A stretch of 34,195 nucleotides of DNA from Xylographa opegraphella (lineage: Eukaryota). This document shows, in pieces, positions 1 through 11,264 of this stretch. Each line of letters starts with the position of its first letter. Position 1 is the stretch's first letter. The translations under genes and the position numbers were made by a program. The stretch spans positions 1-34,195 of the forward strand of contig JALDZX010000113.1 in NCBI GenBank assembly GCA_022813865.1. Reading direction: 5' to 3'. Under the pieces are notes generated by a model that searched no databases, was not told where the DNA came from, and saw only the letters and a program-made list of their open reading frames with translations.

Positions 1-199
1 GTGATTAAGCAATGCACTGCTATCTGCTGCCAAAACCCCTGTGCCTAGTGATTAAATTCAACACTTTCAAATAATATAAAAAATATTTTGCCAGGCGACG
101 CTATTTTCAATATAATTCTTTGAACATTTTATTAAAGTATATCACTGCGCTATCGTATTCATCGTGTTTTTCAATACAGTATAATTTTTTATTTTACGA

Positions 200-3100
200 T
201 TACAAGTTTTGCCTTTCCATGGCAAACGAGTTATTTTTCTCGTATTTGACATTTGCACTTTCCTCCCCTTGTGATTTATCCCAGTAATTACTTGCCTTCG
301 GAGATAACTTCTTTGTTCGTGGCGGCGACGATCGTGTCTTCGGCGGCGTTTGAGGCGGAATGGGTTCAGATGTCGAGGCCTCCTGCTGAAAGGGATCGAA
401 GCCTGCGCCGAAGCCTTCATTCGCGACGCGAACGGGTAGCCTGGGCCCTACAGAGACTGGTGTTTGAAAGGCAATATATTCGTGATATTCCCGATCATTT
501 GGCTCGGCAATGGTAGGAATACCTGGTCCCGGAGCGCCACTTCGAAGACCGGAACTATCAAGTGTTCTGCGTTTCCCACGTGTGCTCTGGCGACGCAGAA
601 CGTCACGGACCTCCTCGATATCGGTGTCGCGCTGATTAGCTGCCGAAACTGTACGCATATTATCGATAGCCCAGTCACCAGGTGAATTGGCTGCAGCGGG
701 GTGCTCATGTCTTGAGTTAAAAGCCATGATGTCCGACAAACGAGCGACGTTACTTGACGCAATCGGGCTACGAACACTTGCGCTGCGATTTCGCACAGTA
801 GAAACCGCCGGCATACTGGTACTCAAGCTTCCAGAAAGGGCTGAGTTCGATGTTGTCGACGTCGCACCATCGCCTTGCGTCGTAGGAATCATCCGTTTGG
901 CAGCTTTGGCCGCGCTGAATGCATCTCGCCTTTCGGCAGCTTCTGTGGCACTTATGGCGACAGAGTATGTTGGCTGATCGTTGGAACCCAGAGCTGCACC
1001 GCCACCGCCTGGAGCGTAGATAGGGACTTTTCGTAAGGCGAGAACAAGAGCGCACATAAATTTGGAGCGGCGTGCTGCTCGAACTGCTTCGTTTGACCAG
1101 TTTGATTTGTGCCTAATCTCTACCTTCAGTTCGAGCTTGTCCATAGATGCAATACCTGTGACCTCGACCTCGACTTCGGGTTGAAAATCTCTCGAGTTTT
1201 CCTTGTCCAGCACAAAGTTCTGTATTTCGTTCTTCAAGAGCTGAACATCTTCCAACGAAGTGTCGAAGCTGACGTAGACGAGGAGCTGCTCTCTCATTGC
1301 GTTGGACCGAGATACATTGTCAATCCAGATATTATTGAGTACGATATTGGCCACCTGAGTCGTCTTGTGGGTCTTAACCTCCTTAAAGACAGTGAATAGC
1401 AACGAAATGCGTTCGACGATAAGTTGGGTGTCTGATATATCGACGCGGTCACCAACGTCGAAAGGGTGCTTGACAAATAAGAATATGCAAGAGCCGAGAA
1501 CTTCTTGCGCAGTGGTTGCGAACACAAACGAGAGTGACAAAAGAGCAGTACCGGCAGTGGCAAGAGTTGTTGCGAACGAGGAGTTGAGGAAAGCCACTAT
1601 CAAGATTAGCATTGGAACGGACCCATTCGGGAGAGTTTTACCAAAGACGAATATGGTCACGATGAATACAATAACACAAAGCATGTTATCCAAGACATTG
1701 ATGGCCGAATCCACATCATGTAAACTGCTAGCAATCGCCTTTCGTTCGCGTCCGTACTCGGTAACAGTAAGTATCATCTCGTCCAGGCTTACATCGCCGT
1801 TACCATCACGGTCCAATACAGCAAAACATTCTTGTGCTTCAATATGACGCTCCGGACCTAGGACTTCAACAATATCTTCTTGATAAAGCGATTCTTTGCC
1901 CTCCACCACCAAACTCATCCAGATTCTTTTCGCCAAAGCTTCAGAGGATCGACACTTTTCCAAAGCCTCAATCACAATGGAGTGCGCCGCTGTTGGATTG
2001 AAGACAGCTTTGCCAGTCACCTCATGAGCAACATTGCCGAATGCAGCAGTGACTTTGTCGCCAACTCTGCCGATGTTCTGAAGCAATCGCAATGGCGTGG
2101 CGGAACCAGATCGTGCGTGATGACCGACACTACCCATTCGACTCTTCGGTAGATTGATAGAGTCGTTGATTAAATAATCTTCCTCCACAAACTCGGGACA
2201 GTATTCCCTGAAAAGTGTCCGAGATGCATCGTACAATAGACTTAAGAGGTATATATTATGTTTAGACTCTCTTATTTTGGACTCAAATTGCTGACGATGA
2301 TACCCAATGGAAATCAACTGTATCAAAAGCTTTTCTCCTAGATAAACCAAAGCTGCTACCATGAAAGCCCCGAGGATGTTTCCCATGATATTCTCCCAGT
2401 CGGAGGGAGTCGTCTGACCCAGTCGTTTTTGGTCTGGATTGAGCGTCATAAGCTAGCATTGGCCATCATTAAATCAGCAAAGTGTCCAGGGGGAGCTTTG
2501 AGTATGATCCAGAATCCGAAAGCTTTCAGAATATGGTTCTGATATCACTTACCGGCTTGAAGGTCGCCAATGACGCCAGCGCCCACCCAGCCAATGATAA
2601 TGGTATCTCTAAGCTCTTCAAGACGAGGGCGTACTTCCTAACCCCAGAACTAACAATGCCGCACAAGAACTGGAAGACGTAGGGCAGGGACTTTGAAGCC
2701 AGCTTCGAGATCCACAGGCTCAACCAGACAATCTCAACCCAAGTGAATATCCACACAATCCGCACATGACCAAAGTTCGCTGCTTGGGAAACCGTGGCGC
2801 CGATAATGATCGGCACAGCAATCATGATTGCCAATGGAAGAACGTATAAAAAATATCGTGTGACGATCGAAAACTCGAGAATCTTGTTGTAAATCTCGCC
2901 CATTTTCGTCAAAGTGTCTTCTCCATCGCGTATTTGTCTTGCGGCATCCTGAGGATCTACTTTCCGTCGCCTGCCACCAGTGTAGTGCTTGAACATGCTA
3001 GTTTTCTCATTTGGCGATCCTGGAGAGAAGACTGTCCCGGCCGGTGAGCGTGCAGTGTCTGCTCTACGGGCACCTGTCCTGGTTGAAACAGTACTGAGAG

Positions 3101-3218
3101 GAATGTCGATGGTGGCGTCATTAGGGTTCGCCATTGAAGGGCTTGCGTCTTCTAGGTCTGGAATTTGCTGAAAGCCGGAGTGACGACTTGGTGAAAGGAG
3201 AGAAGATCGTTTCGACAT
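200..3218 (-). CDS. MscS-like mechanosensitive ion channel (fungal Msy1/Msy2 type), ~957 aa; exons 3218-2553, 2452-1642, 1596-200
   Basis: N-terminal hydrophobic helices, EF-hand-like DRDGNGDVSLDE, MscS core FLFVKHPFDVGDRV and NVSRS. Introns 2552-2453 (GTAAGT..TAG) and 1641-1597 (GTAAAA..GCTAAT..TAG) join in frame. First true ATG is 3218 (the track start 3227 is TTG). Confidence 0.93.
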
Positions 3219-3307
3219 AGACCCCAACAGGAGCGCGTTGAGCGCGAAACGAAGCAGTTCTTGCAGGAGACAGCCACGGTTGAATCGAACGTTTCTTCCA
3301 GCGTGGC

Positions 3308-3373
3308 CTTATGGTTAGTAAATAAGGTCTAGATTATTGCCCCGAGAGTACAGTGTGGAGAAGTAAACCGTAC
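3308..3373 (-). other. Probable 5'-UTR intron of the MscS-like gene (66 nt)
   Basis: Minus strand reads GTACGG...TACTAAC-CATAAG: a perfect branch point 6 nt before an AAG acceptor, about 90 nt upstream of the ATG. Confidence 0.55.
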
Positions 3374-4155
3374 CACGTGTGTTGTAATGCTGGGCCACCT
3401 CCAAAAAGAATCACCAGCCTAGCTGGAGGAACCGAATAAAGAAAAATGACTCGTCCAGCAAATCTCTGAAACACATCAACACACAGCAAACCAGGCAAAG
3501 AAGTTGGTGAGCGAAGAACAGTCAAAAAGAATGTAGATCGTGAATACTGACTTGACCGTTAGAATTTGGGGATGGAAATGCTCGGATCGCTCAACCGAGC
3601 CAGGGTCTGCCAGGGACCAACGGTTTAACGCGCCCTTAAGCGCCGGGGAACTAAGGTATGGAAAGACCCCTGTGCCGAGCATGTGAAACGCTGATGCAGG
3701 CCGGCTTGCCCGATACGGACACCTCAGAATGCGTCTGGCACACGGAATGTTAGACACCTATACACTCACTCAGTCCTTAAATTTCGTACCAGTACAGCAC
3801 GTGCGGTCTAAGCTGCGTTGTATCCGGAAAATCGCCCGCCTGGTCTAGGTTCGTGGAGGTCTGGGGCGAAAATGGGCCTTTTATACGATTGATTGATATT
3901 GTCTTTAATTGTCCGATTTATGTCCGATTGTATTCGACACAACGGTGATATATCGACTATCATGGCTTCTTTCAACATGGAGGTTTCTTCCTCTTCCAGA
4001 TGACCCGTTTCTATATCTCCACGACTACAGGCGCATAACCTCCCCTCTCGTCCTCCCCTTCTATTTCCGCCACTTCAATCTCCACCTTTTCTTCGTGTTC
4101 GAGCTCCATCATTCCACGCCGTACCCACGAGTCGCTCAATTCCCTTCGCCACTCC

Positions 4156-5739
4156 TCACCATAGCTTCGCAAAACCCATATCTTCCAAATCCTTTGCATT
4201 CACGCTTGGACTGATCAGCGACTCCTCCGCTGCAAAGTTATCGCTCAAAGATTCTGGCTCATATAGCTTCTTGTAGGCCGAGGGATTAGTTTTCTTCAAA
4301 GTCATGCCGGAGGGCTGGAACTGATAACCACGTATTCTGATTTTTAAATTAGCAGTTTCCCATCATGGCACCATTTAGATTTCAAGAGATTGATTGCTAT
4401 TACTTACCGTGGGCCAGTACCGGTCCCATTTGGGAAATCCATCTCGTAAGTCTGCCCGAATACATCGCAGTCGTCGACAAATGTACCTTTCGCGATACTC
4501 GTCCTAATCCCATCAAAGAAAGCATCGGCCATAGCATGATTGTGAATCTGCAGCAGTACCCAACCCAGCATTTCTTTCGCTGAGAGGAGATGCTGTATGA
4601 ATGCGCAGTGATGGTGAACGCACGTGTAGCATTCGCAACTTGCCTCAAGAGGAGCGAGTTCAGTAGCAAATTTCGAGGACCATAAATCACATCCCAGCGC
4701 TGTCTTTGGTTGTTCCCCTTTCCCGTTTGGAAGCACAGGGAATCGGAAAGTGAATGCGACACCGGCATCCGTGGCTGCGTTGAGAAATGGAAGGGAGAAG
4801 AGGTCAACACCAAGCGAGATCTCCTCAAGAACTCTATAAGGCCCTTTTGGCTCAGTAAGGGCGAGCCGTGGTAGTGATATTAGAGATGCAGAGATATCGT
4901 CTATGCCGCTTATATCGTAAAGGACCAATCCGCTAACATCACCTAATACAGCCGTCACTTCTAGATAATCAAGCAGCTCACGTTGCATCTCTCCTTCAAT
5001 GGGCAAGATCGGAGCCCAAATGCTAATTCTCGTAGATTTTGACCCTTGTTCGTCTTGTATTTCTGTAAGTAGAGCCTTTAGCCACGCCAAAGTTCTTTCA
5101 CCCATCTTCTCCTTCCTCTTGAGCCCCAGCTTTGCCCTTGCTTCACCATACACTACATCTGCACAGCCAATCACCACATCCGGACGTAGTGTTTTAGCAG
5201 CATGTATGTAGTCTGACACTTCCATATTGCGAAAACCCACGGAAGTGAGGATACTCAAAGACATATAAGAGTTTGAGCCAGGTGTATGGATAGGTGGATA
5301 GCGGCGTGGCCCTAGAACCAAGAGTGCGTCCTTTTGCAGGGCAATGAAGCGACGAAGGGGTGAGTCGTGAGCCGGGCAAGGTACAGAATAGACAGGTGGA
5401 GGCAGTGGAAGGCGTTCGAGGTCTTTGAGGGCAGATAAGTAGTCAGCTTGAAAGCAGAATAGGACCTACACACTCCTTGGGCTTTCACAGCGTACAATCT
5501 TCCAAAGCCACGTAGACACCTTTGATACCGGTATTATCCCTCATGGTATCCTGCGAAAGGTGAGGCACAGCACCACGAGAGGTTGTTGCTATGTAGTGAG
5601 GAGTCTCAATGTGTGTTCCATTGTTGAAGCGGAGTGTACCAAGGCGTGTGGAAGCTCCATGTGATTCATGGCTGTGGAGTTGCAAGGACTTGAACTCTGC
5701 ATTCGAGTAGACAGCACGACTGGTTCTCGTAGAATTCAT
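4156..5739 (-). CDS. QTRT2: Queuine tRNA-ribosyltransferase accessory subunit (QTRT2/QTRTD1-like), ~479 aa; exons 5739-5496, 5422-4408, 4336-4156
   Basis: TGT-fold motifs RLGTL..IETPHY...TSRGAVPHL, GVDLF, Zn site CECYTC...HLL..KEMLGWVLLQIHN, C-terminal GPRIRGYQF. Introns 5495-5423 and 4407-4337 restore the frame. Confidence 0.9.
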
Positions 5740-5953
5740 TATTGGTCGAGCATGATACAGACATGAACAAATGTTATGGTGAAAACATGCTCGATAAGAT
5801 AAGCTTTATCTCCGAAGTTTAGGACTATTCCCGCTGAGAACGAAAATAAAAACACCCGATTTGGCACACCCATTATCTTTCGGCTTATTTTAGTTGATGA
5901 TTTCGAACAGCTTGTATAGCCGCCTAGGCAATAATGAATCTAGAAATATCACT
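5740..5953. promoter_or_regulatory. Compact divergent promoter between QTRT2 and MET12, with tandem GATAAG sites
   Basis: 214 bp between head-to-head ATGs; GATAAGATAAGCTTTATC at 5793-5810. Confidence 0.6.
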
Positions 5954-7988
5954 ATGGAGAAAATCACGGACAAGATCGCAGCCCTCCCTCCTCATGCAAC
6001 TTATTTCTCCCTTGAATTCTTCCCTCCCAAGACCGACATGGTGTGATTCAGCAGAAGTGTAGCCATATTTTTGCTGACGATTCTAGGGTACGTCGAACCT
6101 TCAAGCACGTCTCTCTCGAATGTCCCGAGCATTGCGTCCCCTTTTCGTCACGGTAACATGGGGCGCTGGTGGTTCTACTTCATCCCGATCCTTGGAACTA
6201 GCAGAGATATGTCAGCGACAATTGGGCCTCACAACGTGTCTACACTTGACCTGCACAAACACAAATCAGAGGATTGTGGATGAAGCATTACAAGCGGCAA
6301 GGGACATTGGAGTTCGAAACATACTTGCTCTAAGGGGAGATCCGCCAAGAGAGCACGAATACCGATCAGACGAGCAGGAACTGGACGGGGCTGAGAAATT
6401 CGTCTGGGCCGTAGACTTGGTGCGATACATTCGGAGAACTCACGGTGATTATTTCTGCATTGGCGTTGCTGGCTACCCGGAGGGACATTCAGATGAATCG
6501 TGTCCCGTTGACCAAGATCCTGTCCACGATATGCCTTACCTGGTAGAAAAGGTTCAGGCCGGGGCGGACTTTATAATGACTCAGCTTTTCTACGATGTGG
6601 AGGCTTACTTGAGCTATGTTGGCCTGGTCCGGAATTACAGGAAAGGTGTGCTTGGGACTATTCCTATAATTCCTGGACTTATGCCAATCCAAAATTATCA
6701 GATACTAAAAAGAACAACCAATCTGAGCCATGCAAAGCTCCCAGACAGTATCTTGGAAAGACTGGAAGAAATTAAAGGCGACGATGAGGAAGTCAAGAGA
6801 GTAGGCGTTGATATTATGAGTGAAATCGTTGCAGAGCTGAAGCGGGTCACCGTTACTGGTCCCCGAGGATATCATTTTTACACTTTAAATCTGGAAAAGG
6901 CGGTTAGCTTCATTCTTGAGAGATGTCATCTCATTCCATCAAGCACGACAGACACCAACGATTATAGTTCATCCGCCATCGATGACAACGGAGTCCCACC
7001 CACAAACGGTGACCATATGGCTCATTTGGTGACAGGACTTTCTCAACCCAATCGGGCCTCCGTTCGCCGTCCTTCTTCCCCGCATAATCATGTTATACCT
7101 CTGGATGGCTCTCCAACCTTGGATCATTCATCTCTGCTTGATGCATCCTCCCGTGCCGTTACGTTGGCCATTAGTCATGGCGTTGGATCTCTGGGCCGCG
7201 AAGCGACTTGGGACGATTACCCCAATGGCCGCTTCGGAGATGCTCGGTCGCCAGCATTTGGAGAGATCGATGGCTATGGAGGGCCTTCGCTCCACCATTC
7301 ACCGTCCATGGCCCGTGAAAAATGGGGATCACCAGTGTCGCGCTCTGATATCAGTGAGCTCTTCAAACGACATGTTACGGGGAATTTGGATCAACTGCCC
7401 TGGAGCGAGGGTGGCTTGAATGAAGAGACTCGAGTTATTGAGTACGAGTTATGCCGCTTGATTGCAGAGCGCGGATGGTGGAGTATTGCGTCTCAACCTG
7501 CTGTTGATGGCGTAAGCAGCGATGATCCGATCTTCGGTTGGGGTCCCAAGGGAGGTTTTGTTTTTCAAAAGGCATTTGTCGAATTTTTCGTCCCTGAAAA
7601 AGACTGGAAAACCATTCTACGGCCGTATCTCGGCTCCGCCTTAATTGCGCCAGATGTGAGCTGGTATGCAGCGCCTTGCCCTTCGTTAACCGGAAACGAG
7701 GATAATTCGTTTGAGTCTAGTGATGCTGCTTCGGCTGTCAACAGCGTCACTTGGGGTGTATTTCCTGGGAAGGAGATAGTAACTCCAACAATTGTTGAGG
7801 AAGTTAGCTTCCGTGCGTGGGTGGACGAAGCCTTCGGTATATGGGCTGAGTGGGAGCGCTGCTACGCACCCGAAAGTCAAAGCAGACGTATGCTCCAAGA
7901 GGAGAGGGAGAATTGCTGGCTAGTCAATGTCATTTGCCATGACTTCCGGCGGAAAGATCGATTGTGGGAAATCCTGCTGGGTGCCTGA
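5954..7988 (+). CDS. MET12: Methylenetetrahydrofolate reductase, Met12-type, ~662 aa; exons 5954-6040, 6087-7988
   Basis: FSLEFFPPKT, PLFVTVTWGAGG, HLTCTN, RNILALRGDPP, GVAGYPEGH, MTQLFYD, HFYTLNLE and regulatory-domain WDDYPNGRFGD. Intron 6041-6086 (GTGTGA..CTGAC..TAG). VTVTWGAGG resembles the Met12 rather than the Met13 paralog. Confidence 0.93.
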
Positions 7989-8386
7989 GGTATCGGAGGA
8001 CTTTGTATCACCATGATGATAAGAGCTCTTTGGTCACTGTTGTTTAACAACCTCATGCATGTTGACGTGAGCGTTTCATACAGCAAGGAGGATTCCTGTT
8101 GAGCAAAAGCATTGGCACCTTCATTAGCTCGAATCTTGATCGTTGGTGAAGGAAGCTAGAAAATGCCACTGGAAGGAGCATGAGACCTTCCCACCACTCA
8201 ACCCTATGAACACGATAGCTCTGACGTGTTCAATGATACGGCCAATGAGTAGTGACGAATATACAAGCAATTGCTTACTATTCACAATTGCATTCTTGCT
8301 CGTATGAGTCTTCCAAAAGGTTTGATATTAATAGAACTTTTCCAGGTCTATCTGACAGCTACGCTCCGACGGTCAAAATTTTCTTT

Positions 8387-10554
8387 TCATCCCTCTTTCC
8401 TCCTATTTCCTCTGTCCCCTTGAACACTTTCTCCGAAATCCTCGGCTTCGGAAGCCTGCCACTTGGCACTTGCACGTGGTGAGACATGCGTTATATACAT
8501 GGTATCCACCTCCTCTAGAGATCTGCCAGCGGATTCCAACAAGAAGAAATAGACTATCGCAGATGCTCCAAGGCAGCAGCCTGCGAAAACATAGCCGTAT
8601 AGATAGTCTATATCTGAAGTGATAAAAGGGGTGAAAAAGGCAATAAGGAAATTCCAAATCCAATTGGAAGCTGTCGTTATCGACATGCTGGTTGCACGAT
8701 AACGCTGAGGAAAGAGTTCCGACGTTACTGTCCAAACTAGAACAAACAGTCAGCTTTATTCGTCTGTTATTCAAGAACAAAGAGCAAGACAGATCGTGTA
8801 ACTGCACGTCACGACCTCTCCTGATGTTCAAGTGTTTATTGAACAGTTTGAGGAATTGAAAGAACGTTCAGATCACGTACCCATTGGTCCTGAGTATATG
8901 GTTAGCTTGAAGTCAATATAGGAGTCGCATATTTCAACTCACCCCACGTAGAAGCATAAGCAACAATAAATAAACAAGCGAAAACGATCATTGCAGCCCC
9001 CGCCTTAGGCGTGTTTGTAGGATCCACTTGATCCAGGGCAAAGTGGCCAACGCTGGCAAATATCTACTGTCGTCAACAGCCTGAACTGTTGAACCGTCTC
9101 AAAGATTAATACCTACCACAAAACAAACAGACATCCAGATTCCGCCCATTACCAAACATGGTCGGCGCCCAAATCTTTCCACGAAATAAAGGCCAGGGAA
9201 CGTGAAAGCCACGTTGATAGTTCCTAGGATAATCGAAGTAACATAGCTGTCACTAAGACCAGTCGCAGTGAAAATGCTCGTTCCATAATACTGGGCGCAG
9301 TCAGCAGAGATTAAAGAGATCATCGACTGCGTATTCTGGTCATACAAAGAAAAAGTTTGCTCCGGTCAGCTGTTGAGAGGCCTGCAATGCAATCCCAAGC
9401 CAGGTTCGGTATGCCATGCGGGGCCCTGTGAATACTTCGTACCAGGCATGGTTACCAGCAGATTCGGCCTCTAGTTTGTCTTTCATTTCCCTTAATTCTT
9501 TAGCGACTTTGTAATGATTGTCAGAGACACCCAGCATCTTCGTCATTGTCTGTTTTGCTTCCTCCGTGCGACCCCTGCTATAGGCATATTTAGGACTTTC
9601 AGGGAACATAAGAATTCCGAGGCCAAGGATTGCGGCCCAGATGAAGCCAATACCCATGACAATTCGCCATGCCGCAGGACCATCAATAGTGTTTGTACCA
9701 TAGTTTATGATGTAGGCGAACAGGATACCAAGTGTTATGAAAAGCTGGTATGCGCTGTCCAACGGGTCAGATACGGTGATCTGTAGGAAGGAGAGGAAAG
9801 GTGGGGTAGCTGAACGAACCATACGATAGCACCCCTAATATGCGCTGGGGTTGTTTCACTTTGAAAGAGCGGAACCATGATGGACAATGCCCCGACACCG
9901 AGACCCGCTACGCACCTCCCGACAACAATTTCATACCATTTACCGCTCGGTGTAGCAATCTGAATTATCAAACCGATCATGAAGATAAGACACCAAAAGG
10001 ATATCGACAGTCTCCTTCCGACGGCATTTGCTATCGGCGCGGCAATAAGAGCTCCGATTAACGTACCAATAGAAAGCTATAGATTGGTCAGCTGGCAAAG
10101 CCAGCAGTACGACGGAAAGACGTACCATAGCTACAATCAAACCAGAGCGTACATCGCTGAACGTATACATTCCAGTGCTGGGATCATATGTACCAAACTC
10201 CTGCAAGAAATTCTTCATCGTGAGGAAGCCGGAAATCTAATCGAATATCGGTCAGTGCTGTGAGGAGTAACACTGGTGATACATACTTCGCCAGTATCGT
10301 AACCTGTTTTCTCGTCAGGCTTCCCCGCTTATAGTTCAGGTCTCAAGTGGACAAAAGATTGACTTACCGAAAATCAAGCCCCCCATAGAGACCAGAATAC
10401 CCATGGTGAAGACTCTCCATGTTATCAATGGCGGTGTCGACCTGTCATACTCTCCGTCCTCGACCGTCGGAAATGAGGGACGATGTCCTCGCTCCGCAGC
10501 TGTGACACTTGAGGAAGGGGACGGCGCACGTCTATCCGAGCTGTAGAAAGCCAT
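8387..10554 (-). CDS. MFS sugar porter (hexose transporter-like), ~544 aa; exons 10554-10368, 10303-10287, 10236-10126, 10076-9820, 9754-9346, 9290-9117, 9063-8943, 8889-8881, 8736-8387
   Basis: Spliced product has GGLIFGYDTG, GRR, GRCVAGLGVG, PLFQSE..P.HIRG, PESP, QQLTGANFFFYY, ERFGRR, WGPMVW...SELFPQRYR and ESAGRSLEEVD. All 8 introns are GT-AG and the exons sum to 1635 nt. Confidence 0.92.
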
Positions 10555-10659
10555 ATTGAATAGTCCCACCGAATGTATGCTCTAGCAAGATCATTCGCAT
10601 CCAGTTACAAAGGACGGACGGGAGGACGTGGGAGCTCTACAGCAAACGAACGGAGTAGA

Positions 10660-11060
10660 TCAGGTGGAGGAGAGATCGATCTGTTTCCGCAGTCCACGAT
10701 CCACGGACGAAGCAGGAACGTCATTTCGTAGCCTCGCGAACAGGCTCATCCCAAGTTCGGAATAGTATCAGCATTATTAGGACTAATGGCCGAGGTTCGA
10801 TGGATTGACGTCGGATCTTAGTACGTCATCGTGTCCCTGTGCCGCCGCGCTCCTGGGGGGGGAGAGAGGAGAGCTATGCGAGGGTTATATACCTAACCTA
10901 CCTAGGTAAGGTGGGATGAAGGTGGGTACGGGAGTACGGTACCTAGGTACACGACGATTTGGCAGTCACGAGCCAATGAATAATCGAGCCTCAGTCATGA
11001 AATAGGTGCAGATGGGCCATCTTGCATCTCCATAGACGATCTGGTCCAGGCGGGGCGAAC
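10660..11060 (-). promoter_or_regulatory. Sugar transporter upstream region with candidate TATA and CreA/Mig1-type SYGGRG sites
   Basis: TATATAA on the minus strand near 10885-10891 followed by a CT-rich tract; SYGGRG matches at 10664-10669, 10853-10858 and 11050-11055. These motifs are short and may be chance. Confidence 0.35.
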
Positions 11061-11264
11061 GTATACTATCAAGAGTTCATGGCAATGCGAGGAGCATGCC
11101 GGCAGAAATTTTATGATGTATGATATGGTAGCATTCAGATTAATGGCACCAGGACTGCGAAAATTATAACAACATCGCTCGTCAAGGACTGTGCAGCCAG
11201 TCCCGATTTGAAATTGTACTACACACAATATATAGTACCCTCTGAAGCGAAAGGCAATGTTTCA

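Noticed and set aside
8737..8942. Stwintron (nested intron) interpretation of the last two sugar-porter introns
   Set aside because: Removing the upstream intron does not rebuild a split donor; the 9 nt in between are needed as coding sequence, so this is a micro-exon.
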